From Nostoc punctiforme PCC 73102 (GTDB lineage: Bacteria > Cyanobacteriota > Cyanobacteriia > Cyanobacteriales > Nostocaceae): a stretch of DNA of 32,000 nt. The DNA lies in NCBI RefSeq assembly GCF_000020025.1, contig NC_010628.1:7200001-7232000 (forward strand), read 5' to 3'. Under the pieces are notes generated by a model. That model saw only the letters and a program-made list of their open reading frames with translations, ran no database searches and was not told the origin of the DNA. Position numbers and translations under genes: made by a program. This document shows, in pieces, positions 8,161 to 16,617 of the stretch (its first letter is position 1; each line of letters begins with the position of its first letter).

Positions 8161-8979
8161 TTAATCACCCATTACTATTTCCTGTATTCCCCAAAAAATT
8201 AAATTGGGTTCTACAATCAAACGTGCTGTAATTTCAGGATATAAGGCTTGTAGATAATTTAGTAATAAAGTGCGATCGCCTCCTTTAATAGCAATTTTGC
8301 CATCAGGAAATAATTGCAACCACACCTCAATAAAATCTTTAATTCCAGCTAATATTGTATAAACTACTCCACTCTGAATAGCTTCTATAGTGTTGATGGC
8401 AAAACGTGGTGGTAGAGATGGAGAATTTTGCATTTCCACTAATGGTAATTGTCCTGTTTGTTGACCGAGAGTTGCAAATTGTAAGCCCAATCCCGGCAAA
8501 ATTGCACCTCCAACTAGACACTGATTAGCATCCGCAGCAGTAAAAGTTAGCGCTGTCCCAGCATCAATCACCAACATTGGAAAACCCCACGTTTTCCCCG
8601 CCCCCCACAAAGCTAAAGCGCGGTCAATCCCTAGTGTGGAATAAACAGCTTTGAGCGGTACTTGGTCTAATGTAATAACATGAGTATTTGGGTAAGTTTG
8701 CCAAATAGCAGTTTGACTGGGAACTACGGAGGCGATTAAGAGAGGGCAGAGGGGCAGAGTGTTTGTTAAAGATTCACCTTGTGGAAAAATTTTCTCTAGT
8801 AAATCATTCAGTGTTTGACATTCAGCCAACTGTTGTATAACAGACTCACGAAGATAGTCAGTATCCCACCCAGAACAAAGTGTCTCGCCAATAAACAACG
8901 CCCAATGCAGCCGGGAATTACCAATTTCCAAGGCTAGCCAAATATTATCTGTGTGTTCTGGGTGCTTATGCGGTTTCAC
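8161..8979 (-). CDS. coaX: type III pantothenate kinase
   Basis: Shows the ASKHA-fold motifs of CoaX: [15 protein letters not shown] (phosphate-1), [11 protein letters not shown], and [11 protein letters not shown]. The start is a GTG at 8979, and the exact start is uncertain. Confidence 0.8.
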   Translation of the reverse strand: MKPHKHPEHTDNIWLALEIGNSRLHWALFIGETLCSGWDTDYLRESVIQQLAECQTLNDLLEKIFPQGESLTNTLPLCPLLIASVVPSQTAIWQTYPNTHVITLDQVPLKAVYSTLGIDRALALWGAGKTWGFPMLVIDAGTALTFTAADANQCLVGGAILPGLGLQFATLGQQTGQLPLVEMQNSPSLPPRFAINTIEAIQSGVVYTILAGIKDFIEVWLQLFPDGKIAIKGGDRTLLLNYLQALYPEITARLIVEPNLIFWGIQEIVMGD

Positions 8980-9088
8980 ACTTTTAACTTTTTTAAGTCA
9001 GTTATATGTTTTTTAATAAAAATTAACATTCATCCCGTGTCACAATAAAAGAAGAGGAACAAATACTCATTGTGTCAAGGAGGGAGTT

Positions 9089-10813
9089 ATGGTAGCACTC
9101 ACCGAAAAAACTGAAAAACGGCTCACCATACAGACTGTGGAAATCGCTCAAGAGACGACGGCAATTCGCTCTTTGGACTGGGATCGCGATCGCTTCGATA
9201 TTGAGTTTGGTTTGCAAAACGGTACTACTTATAACTCGTTTCTCATCCGTGGCGAACAGACTGCCTTAGTTGATACCTCCCACGAAAAGTTTCGTCAACT
9301 ATACTTCGATACGCTTACCGGACTAATTAAGCCAACAGAGATTGATTATTTGATTATCAGCCATACTGAGCCAGACCATAGCGGTTTAGTTAAAGATTTG
9401 CTGCTTATGGCTCCAGAAATTACTGTTGTCGGTTCTAAGGTGGCGATTCAGTTTCTTGAGGATTTCGTACATCAGCCATTTAAGCGGCGGATTGTGAAAA
9501 ATGGCGATCGCTTGGATTTAGGCAATGGGCATGAATTTGAATTTGTGATTGCCCCAAATTTACATTGGCCAGATACCATTTTCAGCTTCGACCACAAAAC
9601 CAAAACTCTCTACACCTGCGACGCTTTTGGGCTGCACTATTGCTCAGATAGCACCTTTGATGAAGACTTGGTAGCGATCGAAGAAGACTTTCATTACTAC
9701 TACGATTGCTTGATGGGGCCAAATGCGCGGTCGGTTTTGTCTGCCCTGAAACGGATGGGGGAACTTAAAACCATCGATATGATTGCCACAGGACACGGAC
9801 CATTATTGTCTCACAATGTTGAGGAACTAGTTGGACGTTACCGCATTTGGAGTCAAACCCAAGCCAAACCAGAAACGGTAATTGGGATATTTTACGTTTC
9901 CGAATACGGATATAGCGATCGCCTCGTGCAAGCAATTGCCAACGGCATCGGGAAAACTGGTGTCGCCGTGGAAATTGTCGATTTGGGATCTGAAGTCGAT
10001 TTACAAGAACTGCGGGAACTAGTTAGTCGTTGTGCAGGGCTAATTGTTGGTCTACCTCCGGCTTCTGGTGCTGCGAGCATCCAATCTGCACTCAGCACAG
10101 TTTTAGGATCTGCCAAAGAAAAGCAAGCGATCGGTGTGTTTGAAACCGGCGGTGGCGATGATGAGCCGATAGATCCTTTGCTGAGTAAATTCCGCAATTT
10201 GGGTTTGACAACAGTTTTTCCAGCGATTCGGATTAAACAAACACCTACAGAAAATACCTACAAGCTTTGTGAAGAAGCGGGTACAGACTTAGCTCAATGG
10301 GTAACACGCGATCGCAGCATCAAAGCGATGAAATCTCTTGGTGCTGACTTAGATAAAGCATTAGGTAGACTTAGCGGCGGCTTATATATCATCACTGCCA
10401 AAAAAGGCGATGTATCCAGTGCGATGTTAGCCTCGTGGGTTGCTCAAGCCAGCTTCAAACCCTTGGGATTCTCCATTGCAGTCGCCAAAGATCGGGCGAT
10501 TGAATCACTCATGCAAGTAGGCGATCGCTTTGTTCTCAACATTTTAGAAGAAGGCAATTTCCAACCACTAATGAAGCACTTTTTGAAGCGGTTCGCCCCT
10601 GGTGCCGATCGCTTTGAAGGAGTGAGAACCCAGCCAGCCGAAAATGGTGCGCCTATTCTTAACGATGCCCTCGCCTACATGGAGTGCGAAGTCGTCAGTA
10701 GAATGGATTGCGGCGACCACTGGGCAGTATACAGCAATGTCTACGCCGGACGGGTTTCTAAGCCAGATGCTTTAACAGCTGTGCATCACCGCAAAGTTGG
10801 TAATCATTATTAG
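9089..10813 (+). CDS. flv3: class-C flavodiiron protein, Flv3-type (canonical diiron site)
   Basis: 574 aa in three parts: a metallo-beta-lactamase-like domain with intact H-x-E-x-D-H (ISHTEPDHSG), a flavodoxin-like domain, and a C-terminal flavin-reductase domain (SAMLASWVAQASF...HHRKVGNHY). GGAGG lies 5 nt upstream of the ATG. Confidence 0.9.
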   Translation: MVALTEKTEKRLTIQTVEIAQETTAIRSLDWDRDRFDIEFGLQNGTTYNSFLIRGEQTALVDTSHEKFRQLYFDTLTGLIKPTEIDYLIISHTEPDHSGLVKDLLLMAPEITVVGSKVAIQFLEDFVHQPFKRRIVKNGDRLDLGNGHEFEFVIAPNLHWPDTIFSFDHKTKTLYTCDAFGLHYCSDSTFDEDLVAIEEDFHYYYDCLMGPNARSVLSALKRMGELKTIDMIATGHGPLLSHNVEELVGRYRIWSQTQAKPETVIGIFYVSEYGYSDRLVQAIANGIGKTGVAVEIVDLGSEVDLQELRELVSRCAGLIVGLPPASGAASIQSALSTVLGSAKEKQAIGVFETGGGDDEPIDPLLSKFRNLGLTTVFPAIRIKQTPTENTYKLCEEAGTDLAQWVTRDRSIKAMKSLGADLDKALGRLSGGLYIITAKKGDVSSAMLASWVAQASFKPLGFSIAVAKDRAIESLMQVGDRFVLNILEEGNFQPLMKHFLKRFAPGADRFEGVRTQPAENGAPILNDALAYMECEVVSRMDCGDHWAVYSNVYAGRVSKPDALTAVHHRKVGNHY

Positions 10814-10959
10814 GGACTAGGGATTGGGGACTAGGGACTAGAGACTGGGAAAAAGTTTTCAAATACCCAATCTCAATAATCCCTATTGCCCCTTATACCG
10901 TTTAGTGGTAACTAGTTCTACAGCACCCAATCACCAGTACCCAATCCCCAATCCCCAAT
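10813..10959. repeat. STRR arrays in the flv-flv spacer (GGGACTA-type left, CCCCAAT-type right)
   Basis: GGGACTA GGGATTG GGGACTA GGGACTA GAGACTG (10813-10847) and ACCCAAT CACCAGT ACCCAAT CCCCAAT CCCCAAT (10925-10959). attgggga and tccccaat are complementary. Confidence 0.8.
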
Positions 10960-10965
10960 AAAGCT

Positions 10966-12678
10966 ATGTCAAAAAATAAACCCCGTGATGTTCAAGTTTA
11001 TCCAATAGCGACAGATACAAGAATACTGCGATCGCGCAGTTGGTCAAGGCTCAGATTTGAAATTGAATATGCCCTTGCCAAGGGTACAACGGCTAATTCT
11101 TATTTAATCGAAAGCGATAAAACTGCCATCATTGACCCTCCAGGGGAAACTTTTACAGAAATTTATTTAGAAGCGTTGCAGCAGCGTTTCCATCTCGAAG
11201 ATTTAGATTATGTAATTTTGGGACACGTCAACCCTAACCGGGCTGCAACTTTAAAAGCTTTGTTAGCAATTGCTCCACAAATCACATTTGTTTGTTCTAA
11301 TCCCGGAGCGATAAATTTACGTGCAGCGCTGGAAAATCCAGATTTGCAAATTCTGGTTATGCGGGGTGAAGAAACCCTAAATTTGGGTAACGGGCATAAT
11401 TTACAATTTATTCCCACCCCCAATCCCCGCTATGCAGATCAACTTTGCACCTACGATCCGCAAACAGAAATTCTCTATACAGATAAGTTATTTGGGGCGC
11501 ACGTTTGTGGAGATCAGGTATTTGATGAAGGCTGGGAAGTCTATAACGAAGATCGGCGCTATTATTTTGATTGCCTCATGGCTCCCCACGCTCGTCAAGT
11601 AGAAACAGCGCTGGAAAAACTAGCCGATTTTCCCGTGAGAATGTATGCCAATGGACACGGGCCTTTAGTACGTTATGGCTTAATCGAACTGACCAAATCT
11701 TATCGAGAATGGAGTCAACAGCAAACTTCTGCTGACTTGACAGTGGCGTTAATTTATGCATCAGCTTATGGAAATACAGCAACCTTAGCCCAAGCGATCG
11801 CTCGTGGCATCACCAAAGCTGGTGTCGCCGTAGAATCGATTAACTGCGAATTTACTGAACCAGAAGAAATTCGGGCGGCTGTAGAAAAAGCCGGTGGTTT
11901 CATCATGGGTTCTCCAACTCTCGGCGGTCATGCACCGACACCTGTGCAAACAGCTTTAGGAATTGTGCTATCCACCGCGACTAACAACAAACTCGCTGGT
12001 GTTTTTGGTTCCTTTGGCTGGAGCGGGGAAGCAGTTGATTTAATTGAAGGTAAATTAAAAGATGCTGGTTATCGGTTTGGTTTTGACACCATCCGCGTGA
12101 AATTTAAACCCGACGATGCCACCTTACAATTGTGTGAAGAAGCCGGAACCGACTTTGCCCAAGCACTAAAGAAAGCTAGAAAAGTGCGATCGCCAAGTCA
12201 ACCCGCTACGACTGTAGAACAAGCAGTTGGTCGTATTGTTGGTTCTCTGTGCGTTCTAACTGCCAAAGAAGGCGATCGCTCAAGTGCCATGTTAGCCTCT
12301 TGGGTAGCTCAAGCAAGTTTTAGTCCACCTGGTTTAACCATAGCTGTCGCTAAAGAACGGGCAGTAGAAACACTGACCCATACAGGAAACAAATTTGTCC
12401 TCAATATTCTTAAAGAAGGGAATCATTTGGGGTTGATGAAGCACTTTCTCAAACCCTTTGGCCCAGGACAAGATAGATTTGCCGATGTCGCCGCCCAAGA
12501 AGCTGAAAACGGTTCTCCCATACTTACGGAAGCCTTGGCATATCTGGAATGTTCTGTACAAAACCGGATGGAATCTGGCGACCATTGGCTAGTTTATGCC
12601 ACTGTCGAGAATGGCAAATTGTTAGATAATGATGGCATCACAGCCGTGCATCATCGCAAGTCGGCAACTCATTATTAA
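10966..12678 (+). CDS. flv1: class-C flavodiiron protein, Flv1-type (degenerate diiron site)
   Basis: 570 aa with the same three-domain layout as the upstream paralog. The diiron motif is replaced by H-V-N-P-N-R (ILGHVNPNRAA), and other ligand positions are substituted (TPNPRYAD, YTDKLFGAH). That pattern is the hallmark of Flv1/FlvA-cluster proteins. Confidence 0.9.
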   Translation: MSKNKPRDVQVYPIATDTRILRSRSWSRLRFEIEYALAKGTTANSYLIESDKTAIIDPPGETFTEIYLEALQQRFHLEDLDYVILGHVNPNRAATLKALLAIAPQITFVCSNPGAINLRAALENPDLQILVMRGEETLNLGNGHNLQFIPTPNPRYADQLCTYDPQTEILYTDKLFGAHVCGDQVFDEGWEVYNEDRRYYFDCLMAPHARQVETALEKLADFPVRMYANGHGPLVRYGLIELTKSYREWSQQQTSADLTVALIYASAYGNTATLAQAIARGITKAGVAVESINCEFTEPEEIRAAVEKAGGFIMGSPTLGGHAPTPVQTALGIVLSTATNNKLAGVFGSFGWSGEAVDLIEGKLKDAGYRFGFDTIRVKFKPDDATLQLCEEAGTDFAQALKKARKVRSPSQPATTVEQAVGRIVGSLCVLTAKEGDRSSAMLASWVAQASFSPPGLTIAVAKERAVETLTHTGNKFVLNILKEGNHLGLMKHFLKPFGPGQDRFADVAAQEAENGSPILTEALAYLECSVQNRMESGDHWLVYATVENGKLLDNDGITAVHHRKSATHY

Positions 12679-12680
12679 TT

Positions 12681-12707
12681 GGGAATGGGGCATGGGGCAT
12701 GGGGCAT
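12681..12707. repeat. STRR array GGGAAT + GGGGCAT x3
   Basis: gggaat ggggcat ggggcat ggggcat, located just after the flv1 stop (2 nt downstream). Confidence 0.8.
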
Positions 12708-12832
12708 TAGTTATTAATTCTTCTCCCTCACCTCTACTTCATCGGTTCTGGTGGTAAACCAAGCTTGGCGCAAAATTCCTTGCTGTACTTACATTCACGT
12801 CTGCATAGCTACTCGAAAGGAACGTGAAGATT

Positions 12833-13078
12833 ATGAACGAAACACCTTTTGAACAATCGCAAAATTCTGACGACGAGCTTCAGGCTGAGTATCGCTTCGA
12901 TTATCAAAAAGCAAAGCCTAATCGCTTCGCTGCCCGTAGTGGAACGCAACAATTAACAGTTGTGGTCTTAGATGAAGATATGGCTCAGGTTTTCACTACA
13001 CCAGAATCGGTCAATAAAGTGTTAAGGGCGTTGATTGAGTCGATGCCACAAACTGCAAATGGTGAGCCAGCCTCATGA
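12833..13078 (+). CDS. small hypothetical protein, antitoxin-like (possible BrnA/CopG-like orphan)
   Basis: 81 aa from ATG 12833. The motif AEYRFDYQKAKPNRFA is followed by VVVLDEDMAQVF..ESVNKVLRALI. That pattern recalls small cyanobacterial TA antitoxin families, but the assignment is from memory of motif patterns only. Confidence 0.5.
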   Translation: MNETPFEQSQNSDDELQAEYRFDYQKAKPNRFAARSGTQQLTVVVLDEDMAQVFTTPESVNKVLRALIESMPQTANGEPAS

Positions 13079-13210
13079 TCTCGTTGTTTTATTGGGCGAT
13101 CGCAAGCCGTCTTATCAAAGGTATAATTAACTCCAGCAATAGGTTGGGTTGAAACAAGTGAAACCCAATCCTACGCAGGTTAAGGTTTTTATGGCTAACT
13201 GAACCGGAAT

Positions 13211-13246
13211 AAAAAAAGGCTCAAGCATTTCTGCCTGAGCCTTTTC
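13211..13246 (-). terminator. rho-independent terminator of the rbp gene (hairpin usable on both strands)
   Basis: A perfect 10-bp stem, aaaaggctca (13214-13223) / tgagcctttt (13236-13245). On the minus strand it is followed by a T-run, and it lies about 30 nt downstream of the stop at 13277. Confidence 0.75.
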
Positions 13247-13276
13247 TAGATTAAACTAAATGATTTTCGCCTGAGT

Positions 13277-13606
13277 TTAGTAGCGACCACCGCCACCGCC
13301 ACGGTTGTAGCCACCGCCACCACCGCCACGATTACCACCGAAAGAACCACCTCCACCTCTGTCTTCTCTGGGTTTGGCCTTATTCACTTTAAGGTCACGA
13401 CCCATCCATTCAGCACCATCAAGGGATTCAATGGCTTTGGTTTCTTCGTCTTCTGAACTCATTTCCACGAAAGCAAAACCGCGTAAACGGCCTGTTTCAC
13501 GGTCAGTAGGTAGCTGAACGCGCTTTACAGAACCATATTCTGCAAAAACAGTACTCAGCGCATCTTGTGTAACTTCATAGGAGAGGTTACCAACGTAAAT
13601 TGACAT
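13277..13606 (-). CDS. RNA-binding protein, single RRM with glycine-rich C-terminus (cyanobacterial Rbp type)
   Basis: RNP2 is IYVGNL and RNP1 is RGFAFVEM. The C-terminal tail is GGGGSFGGNRGGGGGGYNRGGGGGRY. 109 aa. Confidence 0.9.
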   Translation of the reverse strand: MSIYVGNLSYEVTQDALSTVFAEYGSVKRVQLPTDRETGRLRGFAFVEMSSEDEETKAIESLDGAEWMGRDLKVNKAKPREDRGGGGSFGGNRGGGGGGYNRGGGGGRY

Positions 13607-13660
13607 TAAATGTCTCCAAAATCATAAGTTTGTAGAGATTTAGATTTCGGAGAGAAGTCT

Positions 13661-13688
13661 GTAATACCAAAAGGGAAAAGCCTGTCAA
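13661..13688 (-). promoter_or_regulatory. candidate sigma70-type promoter of the rbp gene
   Basis: The minus strand reads TTGACA (13688-13683), a 16-nt spacer, then TATTAC (13666-13661), about 55 nt upstream of ATG 13606. This is a sequence match only. Confidence 0.35.
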
Positions 13689-13866
13689 TACTAAAATCAA
13701 ACACTGTCGCCGAATTAATTCTCATTTCACTTTCAATTTTTACATGGCGGCTAACTTTCAGGGGGAAAGTTTGAAAAACTGTTATAAAAAGTTATATTGC
13801 AAGTTGATAGCTAGGTGGTAGGTAGTTCCAAAACGGGTGAGACTATAGTCAGCCGCACCCGATAAA

Positions 13867-14409
13867 CTAATTCTCTATTCTATTTTCTAAATACTGACCA
13901 ATCATCAACTGTTCACCAGCACGAGAGATAATAGTCTGCCTGGTGCGGTATTTACTGCCTATTAGCTTTAACTCTTCTTCAAACACTGAACCGTTGTATT
14001 CAGTTCGCAAACACATTGTTTTCGGGTTGGAGAAATAATACTGGGCGGTGACTGGTTTGGATATGGCAAAACCGCGATCGCGATACAAGGTATTTCCCAT
14101 CACCCCAAATATTGTTGAACCTTGCGATTCTTTATTTGTCTTTAGCACATCCGTACTTTCCCAGACAACTGCTGCACCACAGATTAAACTCCCTGTATCA
14201 GGCAAATCGTGCATCTGAGCTAGCTTTTGCAATTCATCACAGCCCTGCTCTAAAAAATTGATCGTAACTATACTCTCGATCTCCTTAGTTTCTCCCTTCG
14301 GTAGGGTGTAGTAGCGTCGTTGCGATCGCCATTTACCTGCTGATTCCTGGAAAAATTCGGAAATCTGGAATTCATAAGTGGTTGGTGCAATTTTGAACAG
14401 AGATGTCAC
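13867..14409 (-). CDS. phycobiliprotein bilin lyase, CpcS/CpcU/CpeS (S/U-type) family
   Basis: 180 aa with the N-terminal signature FFQESAGKWRSQRRYY (the F-x-x-S-x-G-x-W-x-S-x-R pattern of the CpcS/CpeS lipocalin-like lyases). It has a GTG start preceded by purine-rich GGTGAGGAAGG. Confidence 0.7.
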   Translation of the reverse strand: MTSLFKIAPTTYEFQISEFFQESAGKWRSQRRYYTLPKGETKEIESIVTINFLEQGCDELQKLAQMHDLPDTGSLICGAAVVWESTDVLKTNKESQGSTIFGVMGNTLYRDRGFAISKPVTAQYYFSNPKTMCLRTEYNGSVFEEELKLIGSKYRTRQTIISRAGEQLMIGQYLENRIEN

Positions 14410-14992
14410 GCCTTACCTTCCTCACCTAATGCAAATATATTTCTGGCAAAAAAGTTCATTCTTACCTGTTGTTGCTATAGTACTTGTCGCCCTATTTCTT
14501 GCCATATTACGCAAGGGGGGTAAGAAGAAATAGTGTTTTCTACTACATTATAGACACAATTAAGCAATAAATCTTTAATATTCTTAATAAAAGAAGAACA
14601 CCTGTAAAAGCTGCTAGCTATAGTAGAATGAGTTCGTAGGTAAAAACAAGGGTAATTTTGTAATACTGCCCAAACTATGATATTCGGCAAAAAAGCTTCA
14701 TATCCTTCGAAAAAGCGAGGTTTCTCCTCTGGGTAGATTCCAGAAAAATGACAAATATTTATACTAAAGTTTATAATTTGTTAACTGCAAGAAGATTATC
14801 TACCTCTGCGTAAGAAGTAGAACGGTGAGAAGTTTTGGACTTTTGTGGGAAAACAGTAGTTTTTGAATCAAAAATTACTGTCATACAGCTTATTCTTCAT
14901 TCTCGCCGTTTTTTGTTAATGATATCTCTCAAAATTACTTGGTAAAACACGGCTGTTTAACCCCAAAAGCTCCCCAATAGGAGAAAAAATAA

Positions 14993-16549
14993 ATGATTTT
15001 GGAAAAAAATAAGCCGCACAAACAGGTGAAAATGAAAGATCCCGTAGTCGCTAACCAACTAACAATTATCCAGTTAGATTCAGTTGTGAAAACTGAGGTA
15101 GCGACCGCAGATTTCAAAAGTAGACTTCTTGCAAACAATACTAGTGCAACAGGTGGCAACGCGAAAGGGGAAAATTCCTTTTTTTCCTCCACTTCTGTAA
15201 GAAGTTTATTAATTTTCTGTTTGGTAGCTATAGGATTGCTGACGGCGAGTTGCGGTTCGTCGCCCAAAGAATCAGCAGATGCACAATCCCAGAGTCCTGG
15301 TAATAAGGAAGGTAGTCGTGTAACACCTGTAGATGTGGCGATCGCTCGAACTGATTTGCTGCAAAAATCACCAGAATATACAGGTAATACAACACCCTTC
15401 CGTATCGTATCATTGCGATCGCAGGTAGAAGGCCGCTTGTTAGCTTTGAACCTTGATGTGGGCGATAGAGTAAAGCTTGGGCAAAACGTTGGGCAGTTAG
15501 ATGATGCCATACTTTCGACTCAATTAAAGCAAGCAGAAGCAGAATTAGCAGCCCTGAAATCAGAAGTAGCCAGAGCAAACAATCAAGTAAGCAATGCCCG
15601 TGCTGACGTTGAACGGGCGCGGCTAGAAGTGGTACAAGCTCAGGCAGATTCAGAACGCCAACAGAGGTTGTTTAAAGCCGGAGCGATCGCTGAACAAACT
15701 GCCCAAAAAGCACGTACCCAGGCGCAAACAGCAGCTCAGGCACTACGGGCAGCCCAAGAGCAAGTCCGTACAGAACAGCAAGCCGTCGCTGCTGCTCAAG
15801 GTAGAGTATTGGCCCAACAGGCATTGGTTGCCCAAACTAAAGAACGCAGGTCTTACGCTCGGCTGACATCCCCCATCACTGGCATAGTTACAGAAAAAGT
15901 GACAGAACCAGGCAATCTTCTGCAAGCAGGTAATGAAGTCGTAAAAATTGGCGATTTTAACCGTGTCAAAGTCGTTGTGCAAGTTTCCGAATTAGAACTG
16001 GCACAAATTGAGGTTGGACAGTCTGTACAAGTGCGCTTAGATGCCTTTCCCAACGAAACATTAATTGGGAGAGTTACGCGCATTTCTCCTGCTGCGGATG
16101 CGATCGCTCGCTTAATACCCGTAGAGGTAGTGATTCCCAACGCTCAAGGCAAGATTGGCAGTGGACTGCTGGCGCGAGTCAACTTTGAAAACCAGACTCA
16201 ACAGCGTGTAGTCGTGCCGCAAACAGCTATTCAGAAACAAACAGGCAATAAGAACTCTAAGGGTATAGGAGAGACGCAAACAAATGTACAGCAAAACTCC
16301 TCCCCACCTAACACATCTAATAGAGCAGAAGCAAAGTCCCAAGAGCGAAGTGGAACAATATTTGTCGTCAAAGACACAGAAGGCAAAACGAAGGTAACAA
16401 CACGAGCCGTAATGTTGGGAAAAAGAGCTGATGGAAGAGTGGAAATTTTATCCGGTTTGCAAGCGGGAGAGCGCTATGTTGTTCGTAGTGGTAAGCCGTT
16501 AAAAGAAGGTGACACTGTAAGTCTTTCAATTCTTTCAGAAAAGCAATAG
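14993..16549 (+). CDS. efflux RND transporter periplasmic adaptor (membrane fusion protein, HlyD/AcrA family)
   Basis: Contains a long Q/A-rich coiled-coil hairpin (LKQAEAELAALKSEV...AQQALVAQTKERR), a lipoyl/beta-barrel region (ARLTSPITGIVTEK), and a lipobox-like LLTASC at residues about 83-88. The start is uncertain because about 65 residues precede the hydrophobic helix. Confidence 0.85.
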   Translation: MILEKNKPHKQVKMKDPVVANQLTIIQLDSVVKTEVATADFKSRLLANNTSATGGNAKGENSFFSSTSVRSLLIFCLVAIGLLTASCGSSPKESADAQSQSPGNKEGSRVTPVDVAIARTDLLQKSPEYTGNTTPFRIVSLRSQVEGRLLALNLDVGDRVKLGQNVGQLDDAILSTQLKQAEAELAALKSEVARANNQVSNARADVERARLEVVQAQADSERQQRLFKAGAIAEQTAQKARTQAQTAAQALRAAQEQVRTEQQAVAAAQGRVLAQQALVAQTKERRSYARLTSPITGIVTEKVTEPGNLLQAGNEVVKIGDFNRVKVVVQVSELELAQIEVGQSVQVRLDAFPNETLIGRVTRISPAADAIARLIPVEVVIPNAQGKIGSGLLARVNFENQTQQRVVVPQTAIQKQTGNKNSKGIGETQTNVQQNSSPPNTSNRAEAKSQERSGTIFVVKDTEGKTKVTTRAVMLGKRADGRVEILSGLQAGERYVVRSGKPLKEGDTVSLSILSEKQ

Positions 16550-16617
16550 TAGGGTGAGCAATAACCACCATACCAAGGAAAAAAGTACTTATTAGTCAGC
16601 ACTTATCACTTAGTATC

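Noticed and set aside
9023-9217. 64-aa minus-strand ORF overlapping the flv3-type start region
   Set aside because: It is antisense to the 5' end of a strongly supported gene and has no motifs. The region is better explained as the coaX/flv divergent promoter plus flv coding sequence.
14475-14690. 71-aa minus-strand ORF in the cpcS-like/MFP divergent region
   Set aside because: The composition is AT-rich, the start context is poor and there is no recognisable domain. It is kept only as part of the unexplained-leader observation.
14935-15510. 191-aa minus-strand ORF overlapping the start of the MFP gene
   Set aside because: It is antisense to a well-supported HlyD/AcrA-family gene. The product is low-complexity Ser/Cys/Phe-rich and has no recognisable motif. 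It is most likely a shadow ORF.
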